A stretch of DNA of 32,610 bases, from assembly GCA_001642005.1 (NCBI GenBank), contig LWCA01000318.1, forward strand, positions 1-32,610, read 5' to 3'. The position numbers and the translations under genes are program-made. Shown here piece by piece: positions 1 to 10,721 of this stretch; position 1 is the first letter of the stretch, and every line of letters starts with the position of its first letter. Source of the stretch: Intoshia linei (taxonomy: Eukaryota > Animalia > Orthonectida). The notes under the pieces are model-generated. The model searched no databases and was not told the origin of the DNA. It saw nothing but the letters and a program-made list of their open reading frames with translations.

Positions 1-2
1 TG

Positions 3-176
3 ACTGAGATTGTATATAAAGATGGAAAACAATATAAATGTTTAAAAGATCTGATATCAGCCATAGAGAGATCTGGGGATTCCATTAACCAACCCAAGGT
101 TAACACCGTAATTGCAAGTATGCCTTCTAGAATTTTTGAAGTTATTACAAATAAAGGTGGAAGAACTCATTATTAA
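3..176 (+). mobile_element. 3' end of a Tc1/mariner (Tc3-like) transposase ORF, truncated by the window edge
   Basis: Frame from nt 3 reads TEIVYKDGKQYKCLKDLISAIERSGDSINQPKVNTVIASMPSRIFEVITNKGGRTHY*. This resembles the Tc1/Tc3 C-terminus (VY..K.Y....L...I...W..I......L..SMP.R..EVI...GG.T.Y*). A possible right terminus lies near 415-442 (ending ...GGAGGTG TA), unconfirmed. Confidence 0.8.
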
Positions 177-1997
177 AGTTATAAAATTATGTTTTAAATA
201 AATTATTGTACCTATTTTGCTGTAAATTAGAAAGCGTTAGAGCACTTTTGTCGCATATTTTTTTCGACTTTTTTTCATTTTCAAAATTATAAAAAAGTAT
301 ACATAATTACACAATTTAAAATCCGGGGCAATAACTAATATACCATATTGTTTTAGTATTCAAAAAATTAGATTATAATTTATTTTAGTTTTCCTTATAT
401 TTCAATATAATACAGGTGCTCTAAGGTTTTGTCGGAGGTGTATTAAAAAAGTTACAAAAATACAAATTAAAATAATACCAACAATAGATAGACTTAACCA
501 TTTAAACGAGTTTAAATTATGCCGAGTAAATCCAAATTTAGGGTAGCACGAAGATATTATCCATCGAATAATTTGAAGTATTATAATATAACAATATTGA
601 AGGCACAACTGTAGAGCTGTCAAAACAATTGGATATTTTAGCTGCTACATGATACATTATATATTATAACCATCTCAGTTTACGTGGAACATTTTGTGGT
701 TTATAAATGTAATTGAAATTGAAAAAATATAATAACATCCCACATAGACCACATTTTCCAAAATCCATTTGTATTTCATTTACAATGTGTTAATAAAATA
801 ACTTTAATGATTTCCAACTATTATTTGGTACTTGGTAGCGGATTTTCTGTAATTATTAGGATTCCATTGTGAAAAGACCGATAAACTTTTTTGAAAAATT
901 TTTTGCAAGATGGTTTGTAAAGCATAATTAAACTATATATATATACATTTATAAAAATTATTGTTATCATTGTAAAAATGGTAAAAACAAATTAGTCAGG
1001 ACACTCTAGGGTGCGTTTGAAATTTTTAGTACATTCAAAACTTATAATTAATACAAATTTTATTACATGTTTGCTTTTTTTTAATGAAATTTTCCCAGTC
1101 TTGTGTGATTATATGTTGGGCCATAAGCCATGGCTTTAATTTTTCTACAAAAAATATTATTTTAAATCATGATAAAATAGAAATCTGGGGGCTAAAATTA
1201 GTTTCGAATGGGGCAGAGCGGAAAAATTTTTGATATTTTTGTATTGATATTAGTTTTTAATAAGAACAATGTACTCTAATAAGCCAATTCAAAAGTATAG
1301 AATATTATAAAATAATTATCTAATTTGTCATTATTTTAATTGAATATTAAATTAATCGATATAATTTATCGATGAATAAAACTATATCAATATTAATATC
1401 TCAAATATAACTTACCCACATTTACATTTTATTTTTAAATTATGATTATTTAAATAAAAAATCGTCTCATATTATTATAACCATGAATTCATTATAAAAC
1501 CCTTCTAAAAAATTCCTTTATTAACGATTAAAATACCTAGAATTTAATTTATATGAAAAAATATAACTCGGTTAAAAATAATGGAGAAAACAATAATTTA
1601 CTTTTTAAAATAACTAATTCATTAAAAAGTCTAATTGATAACAGTAATTACTATTATAATTATCGTTAATTATATATAATTTTATATATAAGTATGCCAC
1701 TGTAATATATAACCTGGATTTTATTTTTAATAGTCATACGTTTAAGATTTTTATATTATTCGTTACATTTATTATGAATACGATATTTTTGTATATATAC
1801 AATTTGTAATTATCTCTTTGGTGTTTTTAATACAAAAATAAACGCAGAATTATGGATATGCGTCATATTGTATTTTTTACCTACTTTATATTAGAGATTA
1901 TGCGTAACAATTAACTAGAATATCTGATTAAAATAAAGAATATAAAGTAAATCATTTGGATAAATAAACATTTTATTATTTAAAAATAAAGTTGTAC

Positions 1998-4071
1998 ATG
2001 GTAAAATCTAATAGAAAATCTCGAATTTGCAGATCAATTGGACGTGATCCAGTAGCTCCGAAAGATGTGGTATATATTTTTTAATATACAATATCATTTT
2101 TGGGTTCATTAATATGATAATAACTATAATCCATTGAATAATTGTTCAAACTTGAGTGGGATATTGGCTTGAATATGGAATTGTAAATTATGATTTCAAC
2201 TAATTTTATAGATCTATTATATATTATAATTATTTATATCTTATTTAAAATAGATTCATTTTTTTATTGATAAATTAGTTATTAATATATTGTTCTACAT
2301 TATATTTGCATTACACTATACTAGAAATCGAATTAATATGCAAATTATTGACTTTAATTCCCAAGCTGGAAGTTCCAACATTTGGAAACTATATAATTTC
2401 ACTTTCATGAAAACAAATTACAACCTGTGATAATTTCTTAATTTAAAGTAATAATATTGTGAAATAAAACATGTTGATAAAGATATGAAAATGAAAAATT
2501 TAAATTTAATATAAAAAATTAATTTGGTTTAGGATAGTCTATCCAAAACAAAAAAATAACTTTTTATGTTCTACATCTAAGTTTACCTGTACTAGGTTGA
2601 CTGTTATGTACTACGTACAAAAAGCACATAGCTCTGCCGAGGGTACATTTTTATTATACCAAAAAAATAAATACGTTGAAAATCCTACTATTCATTATTA
2701 TCAATGATTTAAAGGAGTGGTTCCCAAAATTGTTTTAGGTGGAACCATAATATCATATTACTTTTAACTTTAAAATAAATTATTCCATCTTAATTTTTTT
2801 GTTAACATTTGCGTAAAGAATTTTAAAAACAATTGTTATCCTATTTTTTTAATTTATTAGACAGAATGTGTGTATAATATTAAAAATAAAGTAAAAACAG
2901 TCCAATCCTAAAAATTGTTATAAATAGCATAAATTCCACATTCAATCATCATCACATTCATCATGGAGGTTGAAATTTATCTTATCACTGTGACTATGAT
3001 CACTTTAAAAAACTATAATTAAAATGTGGACTTTATAAAATTCTAAGAATGGTAGTTATTGAAATAAAGTGGAACACACACACAAATATTATGTAAGTAA
3101 TGATTAAAAACTACATAACAAAATAAAAATAAATTTAATTAAATTAAATAAAATTTTTCTACTAAAATACTCTCATTGGAAAATTATTTTTTAATATTCG
3201 TCACTATTTCTGAAACTTTTTTTAATAGTATTGCCATAAACTGCAAAAAATAAAAATTACAGTATTTGAGAATGGTCGTATAATTTTGATTATTGATCAA
3301 AGGATAGTCAAAATTATAAACAAAAAAAATTAATATACAATATAATATATCATTTAGGTAATATCCGTTGGACCCAAGTTGATATTATTCATTCAAACTG
3401 TAATGATATTCTTTTTAATATATCCAAACGACGATTCAATTTTAAATTCGAATAAGGAATATCATGTTTTGATAAAAATATTTCCAATTGTATCTCTAAT
3501 AGTGTTTGTAATATTAAATGGCATGAAATTGTCCAACATTTACACTTATCCACGCAGAATAATGGTGGGATTAATGTTTTCTATGGTTGGAGATATCCTC
3601 ATGGTATACAAAGAAGAATATTTACTGTACGGTATATTTTCATTTGCTATGGCTCACATTTATTATTCCTTGGCATTTGGAATTATTCCATCTAATCACC
3701 CTAAAAGTGCTACTTTAATAGCATGTACAATTTTTTTTATAGTAAGAATAATGCATCCATATTTAATAAATGAAGACTTTATAAAATTTGTTTTTCTACA
3801 TGTTTACGCTTCAATAATTGGTTACATGTGTTGGAGATCAATAGTCAGAGTAAATTTTTTGAATGACCTGTGGTCTTGGACGAAATTATCAGGTTGTATT
3901 GGAGCAATATTATTTTTCATGTCAGATATAATATTATGCTACAACATTTTTGCGGAACCCATTTACGAATCACACAAAGTAATAATGATAACGTACTATG
4001 CAGGACAAATGTGTATTGCTTTATCTGTCGTAGATTACCGTGTGGATTATTTATTAAATAAACAAAATTAA
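1998..4071 (+). CDS. TMEM86: TMEM86/YhhN-family lysoplasmalogenase-like multi-pass membrane protein (~261 aa)
   Basis: Main exon 3358-4071 follows the acceptor catttag and reads VISVGPKL..., with YhhN motifs GLMFSMVGDILM, GIFSFAMAHIYY, GAILFFMSD and IMITYYAGQMCIALS. Probable first exon 1998-2069 (MVKSNRK...VAPKDV|GT, phase 0) is less certain; an alternative is ATG GTC|gt at 3272. Confidence 0.9.
2591..2817 (+). repeat. Dispersed repeat family A, copy 1 (in the probable TMEM86 intron)
   Basis: Aligns along its length with 32321-32559 (AGGTTGA..GTTATGTACTACGTACAAA..TAGCTCT.CCGAGGG.ACATTTTT...TTTAAAGGAGTGGTT.CCAAA...AGGTGGAACCAT...GCGTAAA) and, inverted, with 29433-29594. Confidence 0.9.
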
Positions 4072-4103
4072 AAAATGTAAATGTGATAATAAAATTTAAT
4101 CAA

Positions 4104-7100
4104 CTATTTCAATAAAGATGGCACGTTAAACAGATAATCTTGATAAGTTGACACGGACATTAAAGCTTGATACATTGCTGGGTTTTTTAATGAGTCAATC
4201 ATTTCAATTAATTTTTCCTTTGGTATACAAGTAAGAAGGATGCATATTGTTAACATTGTATTGAAAGTATATCTAATAGTTTTTAACCTAATGAAAAATA
4301 TATAATTGAACAATCATTTAAATCAGTATTTCTCAAAGTAATAAACATCGTGGACCCCAAATGGAAAAATTATTTATCATGGACCCTCTTGAATATTTAT
4401 ATGTAAATATTGTTTTCATCATTTTATATACTTTAAGTATTAAATTTAATGTAAATATTAAATACATTTTTAATTAGGAAATTTTTTTTTCCAATTTTTA
4501 AAATAGTTTTGACATTCAATACATACTTTAAAATAATTAAAATAAGTTTAATTAACATGTGATGAGATGGATGAGCTTCATGATTTAGTTACTAAATTTT
4601 AGTACAATATTTGTTATATTGGGACCAAACTGGATAAAATTAGTTGACTGAGACGTAAATATCTTATCATTAATTTATAAACGTGTTTTTTTTATAAAGA
4701 TATAAAAATAATAAATCTTCCATCTTGTTATCAGGATGCATTCGATTCACTTAGATTTTCATTTTTGAAGGTTTCATAGATTCGTTGGTTAATATTTTAT
4801 CGCATAAAAGGCACATGGGCAAATTTTTGTTGGTAGGAGAAGATACAAAACCAAATTGCATATACTTGAAAAAATATTATATCGTTTTAAAAGACGATAT
4901 AAAAATTTAAATAATTTAATGTAATGATAACTAGAAACACATGTATCACTAGATTTATAAAGAAATCTTATTTTTATTATTCAAATTTGTTAACTGATTT
5001 AAAAATATTTATAGTTTTTACAAATCCAATTTTACCATAATTATATTTTTCCTTTTGGGCTTAGATTAATTGTTAGTTTTTTCTCCTTATACTTGGCTGT
5101 ATTGTTGCATTGTATTGTATTTTTAAAAAAAATATTGGAAAAAGTGGATTTTTGCCTTAAAGATTGGTAACTTGAGTTAAGAAATGTTTTCACGGATGGG
5201 TTGGTAAAATCGCAATTTTCAAAAAAAAATTAGAATAAGTGGATTTCTCACTTAAGGGATAGTAAACTTGAATTTTTTAAAAAAATATTGGAAAAAAGGG
5301 ATTTTTTCCTTAAGGTTTGGTAAAATTGTATTTTTTCTCTGAGGGTTGAAAGCAGGTTTCTCTTTTGTCAGATTTGGTAAAAACGGATTTTTCAAAAAAA
5401 TATTATGAAGTGGGTTTTTCCTCAAGGGTTGTTAAATTTGGATTTTTTCTTTTGGAGTTGGATTTAATGGTGTTTTCTCATTAATAATATTAAATTAATT
5501 CCTGAAATAATACATTACTTTAGCCGTGGAGACCTGTTATATAGCGTGGACCCCTGGGGTCCACATGGACACTGAAGACACACATGAAGCACTAATTTAA
5601 ATATAATTACTTTTTAACTGAAGAATGAGCAATTTCTAAATTTTCCATCTTTTCTTTCAAAACATATGTTTTCAAGCCAATCAAATAATTTCTAACATAT
5701 GACGACCAAACAATTTTGTTAGAATCAAAGTAAAATATCCTTTGGTCGATAGAATTCATTTTATTCAACATTCTTACTTTGTTGGACGTTGCCCAAGTTG
5801 TTTGATTGTTGATAAATGGTGTTAAAACTCGATTCGTTTTGTGAAGACGATTATATATATTTACAACCTTAAATTTAGATTTCTGTCCAGTTAAACTCAT
5901 TACACTATCAACTAAATAAGCTGGTATCATGTGATCTGCAAAACACCAAAATTTATGAATTGCTTTGTTTGTAGTAAATTCACAACTAATACGTCTAAAA
6001 GGGTCTTCCATCGGAATTTCGTTGTTGAATATTTTAATCCATTCAGCCAAAGTACCCCAACTTATTTTGTTTTCATCTGTAACTGTATTGTTTACTACTA
6101 AAACTGCTTCATGACTTTTACAATCACATCTTGGAGGATTTGATGTACAGCAAACTGTTACAAACCACGCAAGAGCGATACAGGTATTTACAGTATAATC
6201 AACAGGTACCATAGACGCCATTGCAGATACATCTCCTTCCACTGTTCGTAAAAACCCTTTTGTTGCCTATTTATATCAATTAAAAAAGTTACAATTAAAA
6301 TTACAGCAATCATAAGCCCACTAACTCCATTGAAATTATCAACCCAACCCTAGTATAATAAATATGAAATAATACAATAAAATTAGTTACCATTACAGGT
6401 TCTTTATAGGAAGCTGAAACTATGGAAGGTCTACATACAGCAATCTGAAATTTTACCTTTTCAGAGGTAATAATATTTTCGGCTAGTTTCTTTGAAAATG
6501 TGTAGGCATTATGAGATGTTCCTATTATTCTTTTTACCAATTCTTCATTATTCATTTCCTCTTCAGTTAATTTACTAATTATTTTAAATTTTAATTTTAA
6601 ATTGTATCAACCATGATTGAAATTAAAAATATTTAAGTCCTGTTAAAGGAATAAGCTGTATCATATATCGATGTATTTCGGATCATTAATTATTTTAAAT
6701 TTTTGTTTTAATAAAATATTTACCAAATAAAAAATAATGAATACCAAAGTGCATTGTTGACCATGTCGGCGCACTTTATAAATTTGAAATTTTTTGTTAA
6801 ATTAATTAATTGTTAACTGGATATAACGGTATGAAGTGTAAAATTTTTTTAAATTCTAGGAGTATATTTTTTTAAAAAGGGTAATTTGTGGTTTTCATCG
6901 TGAAAATTCACTTTTTTGAGGTTGCGATTTATGATAATAACAATTTTAAAAGGTAACCCACAATTAATGTTTTTAAAATTCTAGGGTTCATTCTGAAAAT
7001 GAAACTTAAATAAAAACTATTATAAAATGAGTTTTTTAAATTTTGGTACAATAAAAGAATTTACCCAACTTGTTCAATGATTTGACAGGGATCAAGTTGT

Positions 7101-7744
7101 GTAGGATAAACAATTTCTTCTACTCTTTTTTTCTCACTGTTTGAATACGCAGTAGATATATAAATAAAACACTAAAATTTTCATCATATTAAGCTATACT
7201 ATAACAATACTTGTAATTTTTTACAATTCTTTGCCAAATCAAATAATTTTTTAGTTCCAAGGGTATTAACCTTGATAAGATTTCTATTAAAACATAAGAT
7301 TAATATATTTGAAAAAAACTTGATAGTGTCGACAAAACGGACTGTAGCGGCGGAGTGAAATATAATATCAACGTTATTTATAATAGTATTCATATCTTGA
7401 GTAGATAAACCAATATTATCCTCGGATAATTCTGAACTAATAACTGAAATCTTTTGGTAGAAATTTGGGTCCATTTTTCTAAGTACATTAAATGCCTAAT
7501 TATATGTATAATTAATAAATAATATGTGTAATTAATTAGTTGAAATATTTCATACGTGTGAATTTAAAAGTTTTTCTAATCTTGCGTTAGGTGTTTGATT
7601 TTTTGAAGGTCTAATAAGTACATAAATCTTCTTTAAGTAAGGACATGAGCGTAATAATTTTTCGACGAGTGATTTTCCAACAAACCCAGTTACTCCAGTC
7701 ACTAGTATTATCTTTGAATCGAAAAATTTTCCAATTTCAGACAT
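4104..7744 (-). CDS. FAR1: Fatty acyl-CoA reductase, alcohol-forming (NAD_binding_4 + Sterile domain + C-terminal hydrophobic segment), ~537 aa, 8 exons
   Basis: Phase-consistent GT-AG exons: 7744-7556, 7495-7320, 7283-7211, 7171-7065, 6574-6391, 6349-6305, 6266-5611, 4287-4104. Motifs TGVTGFVGK, IFHSAATVRF, YISTAYSN, catalytic YTFSK, RPSIV, GWVDNFNG and VPVD. The last exon KLKTIRYTFNTML resembles FAR1 KLRNIRYGFNTIL. Confidence 0.93.
4324..5594. mobile_element. Non-autonomous hAT (Buster/Charlie-type) element in the last FAR intron
   Basis: Flanked by the identical 8-mer ATTTAAAT (4316-4323 and 5595-5602, nnnTAnnn pattern). Left end CAGTATTTCTCAAAGT; right end reverse-complement TAGTGCTTCATG. 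Subterminal GTGGACCCC / GGACCCCTGGGGTCCAC motifs occur at both ends. Confidence 0.75.
5125..5470 (+). repeat. Degenerate minisatellite, ~29-bp unit GGATTTTTCCCTTAAGGGTTGGTAAAACT, interspersed with TTTTCAAAAAAATATTGGAAAAAGT-like linkers
   Basis: Recurring variants, e.g. GGATTTTTGCCTTAAAGATTGGTAA (5146), GGATTTCTCACTTAAGGGATAGTAAA (5241), GGATTTTTTCCTTAAGGTTTGGTAAAA (5299) and GGGTTTTTCCTCAAGGGTTGTTAAA (5412). Confidence 0.8.
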
Positions 7745-8704
7745 TAAAATGTATTCTAAATTAATTTCGAAACTTTATTTACTTGTAATTCAGTCTGATT
7801 ATTATGTTAAATGTTACGCAGACTTAAATTTTTATATTAGCAACTAAAATATCCAAGTACAGCTAGAATTTAATGGAAAATATCAATAAAATTGTTTATG
7901 GATTAAATTCTCCTATTTTATAAATAAAATTCTGTTATATTCTGCAAAATTTTCATGTATTGCATCATGTTATATTGAATAATATTCATTGAATTGATAA
8001 ATAAAAAAATGTAAATAACCCATTTATTTACATGTTTGTACATTGTAAATTGTTGCAATTAGAACTTTCACAAATAAATTTGAAAAATATCCATGTTACC
8101 CCCGTATCCATATATTAACCCTTAGTAAGGGTCCCTTACGAGAATATTCATTATACGAAATGTTTTTAGACTAGTTTTTAGTTAGAAAAACACTACTTTT
8201 ATTAAAATTTTCACTTCTTGAAAACTTAAATTCCAAAAAATAAAAGCCAAACTATTTCATAAAGTTATTTCGAAAGATTATTCAAAGTGAACAATTAAAA
8301 GTGTCACTAATAAAATACAATACTTTACGTTTTCTCTAAGTTATAAAATTGTTCTAAAACAGTGAGCCGTATTTGAAGCTCTATATAGCGAGCAAAATGA
8401 TTTTTAAAAATATGTAATCTAAGCAATATTTTTAGAGCCTTATTATATTTTAATTAACACATTAATTAAATAATCATATAAATTTATTATTACATGTATT
8501 TACATTTTCGTAGTTAAATTTAAATTATCGTCAAAATTATGTTAAGGTTATTATAATTAATAAATATTCAAATATGGTATATAATATTGCATATCTATAT
8601 TTTATACCATGGAGTATAAATTAATCTTGGATATTTTACTTTGCACGTTTTAGGAAATTTTAAATTGATAAAAATTTTCAAATATCTTTAAAATATGTTT
8701 TTAA

Positions 8705-10023
8705 CCCTTTAGTGCTCGCGCAGTGTCCATTTTATGAACAATTTTATTCAATGAAATTTAGTTAGCCTATAATTTTGCACCATTTATAAATTTTATGACA
8801 TGAGCTATGAAATACAATGTTATGTAAATTATAAATCTGTCAGATTAAATTTTTATGATCAAATTAATATCAATACTAAATTCAAAAATAAATTTATTTT
8901 GTTGCTGTTTTTCGTATTGCTGTCTATTCAACAGGATTATAATATTGAATTATCAACTGAATTTTCTAATTACTTTTATGGACAATTTATTTCAAGATGA
9001 TGATTTTGACGAATTTAGTGGTATAGAATCAGACGAGGAATATATTAGTGAACATATGACTGAAACTGACGAATCTATCTCATATACAAATTGTACGTTC
9101 ACTGGAAAAGATGGGGAAAGTGAATGGTATGATTTTAAAGAATTTTAAAAAGGTTTTTCTTTCATAAAGGATACACTATGGACAATTGGTTTACGTCTAT
9201 ACCGCTAGCGTTTGATTTATGGTAGAAAAAGTTGACAATGTGCGGTACAATAAGAAAAAATAAAAAAGAACTTGCTGCATTTTTCATTTATAGTAAAAAC
9301 CGCGAGGTTTATTCCACTGTTTCAGCTTACCACAAAATAATATCATTAGTATCGTATTGTCCAAAGCCAAGAAGAATTGTCAATGTAATATCTACAAAAC
9401 ACGATTGCATTTGATCGACATTGACCAAGATAATGAAAAGAAAAAACCCCATATTATTTTGTTGTATAATGAAACCAAGGGTGGTGTTGATCCACTTGAC
9501 TATCTAATCAATGCAACGTGAAAAAGAAAAGTAGAAGATGCCATTACAGTTTATTTCAAGAAATTCTTAACATTATTGCAGTGAATAGTTATATAATATA
9601 TTCTTCAGAAATGAACATATTTCTAGGCGGATGTATTTGAGAGAACTTAGAAAATCTTTATGCCATAATCATGTAATACTTAGATCTTAATCTCTGAATA
9701 ATTCAATCGGTATTTTATAATAATTATTGAAAATTAATTTATTTTTTAGAATTGTTACCTGTTCAAAAAAGGCCAAGATTTTATTTATGTAATTGCAATG
9801 CTAAAAGAACATTTCAAGTATGCGTTTCATGTAATCAGCTTATTTCCAAAGATCATGCAAATAATATTTGTAAAAAATGTTCTAAAAACCACGCCTAGTA
9901 AAATAATTAAATCGTATAACAAAATGTTTTATTACTTCGTGTCACATTTTTCATTCATAAAAATCGACCATTTTTTGGCGTCTGCGAGCGTTTACGTTAT
10001 AAAAAAGCGCGAGCATTAACGGG
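8705..10023 (+). mobile_element. Internally deleted, non-autonomous piggyBac transposon (1319 bp)
   Basis: TTAA TSDs at 8701-8704 and 10024-10027. TIRs CCCTTTAGTGCTCGCGC and (reverse-complement) CCCGTTAATGCTCGCGC match at 15/17. Transposase fragments lie inside. Confidence 0.95.
8978..9900 (+). pseudogene. piggyBac transposase pseudogene (deletion, stops and frameshifts)
   Basis: Acidic N-terminus MDNLFQDDDFDEFSGIESDEE. MDNWFTSIPLA at 9178 (second catalytic D), then a stop, GTIRKNK, YNETKGGVD (~9465-9491, third catalytic D) and a decayed Cys-rich tail (CVSCNQ..KDH..ICKKC). The region of the first catalytic D is absent. Confidence 0.9.
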
Positions 10024-10721
10024 TTAAAAATGGCTTCAGACTATTAGATGCTAATTAATTCATTATTTACTAAATATTTATGTAATTTTAGAGTTGAGTT
10101 AGAGTTATTATAAAAATACGCCACTGTATTTTAACCAAAAAGTTCAAAAAAATAATGTATAAATGTTATGATAAGCTATAATTTTTTCAAATCTTTGAAG
10201 GCATCACCCCAAGGTTTTTTTATGTGAATTATTTATTTTTATATTTGCATTTGTTATGTGAAAGTTTCTGCTCTCATGACTCAAATATTTTTTAATCAAA
10301 TCAAATTCGGATGGAATCATCATTAAATTGCAACTTTTAATATAATCAACCAACATTGTACAGTTTAATTTTATTAAAAATGTGTTCAAAATTTGTGAGT
10401 CACAAGCATCATTGTATTCAGTTTACATTTTACAAATTAGTCATTTATATATTTAAATAAATTTGCGGTACCAGCAAATCAACCACCCTTGTCCATGATA
10501 AATTAGTTATTGGCGCCATTTATGAAATAAATTTGTTAATTTCGAATTGTGTTACGGAAAAATTTTAAGGAGACAGTAATGCAGTTTTTACAAACCGTTG
10601 AATAGTGGATTTTTGTTTGATCTTTAAAAAAACATTTAAGTTTTAATGGTAATGACAGTTTAAAAAAAATTAGTATTGACATAATAGTTTAATTAGAAAT
10701 TAATAAAGTTAAAAACGTTAA

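Noticed and set aside
612-1008. Possible TA-flanked mariner-type MITE (TAGAGCTGTC... / ...GACACTCTA)
   Set aside because: The terminal match is too short and gapped to support.
5125-5470. CRISPR-like array of ~29-bp repeats
   Set aside because: The repeats are degenerate, the linkers are themselves repetitive, no cas genes are present and the context is eukaryotic; it is a minisatellite.
5607-5610. FAR ending at the TAA at 5607 without a membrane anchor
   Set aside because: The stop overlaps an AA|GTAATT donor, and an in-phase FAR1-like last exon exists at 4287-4104.
8116-8145. TTAACCCTTAGTAAGGG as a second piggyBac end
   Set aside because: No matching opposite terminus was found in the window.
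10118-10127. Solo TACGCCACTG / TATGCCACTG (also ~1693-1702) hAT-like termini
   Set aside because: No partner end or TSD was identifiable.
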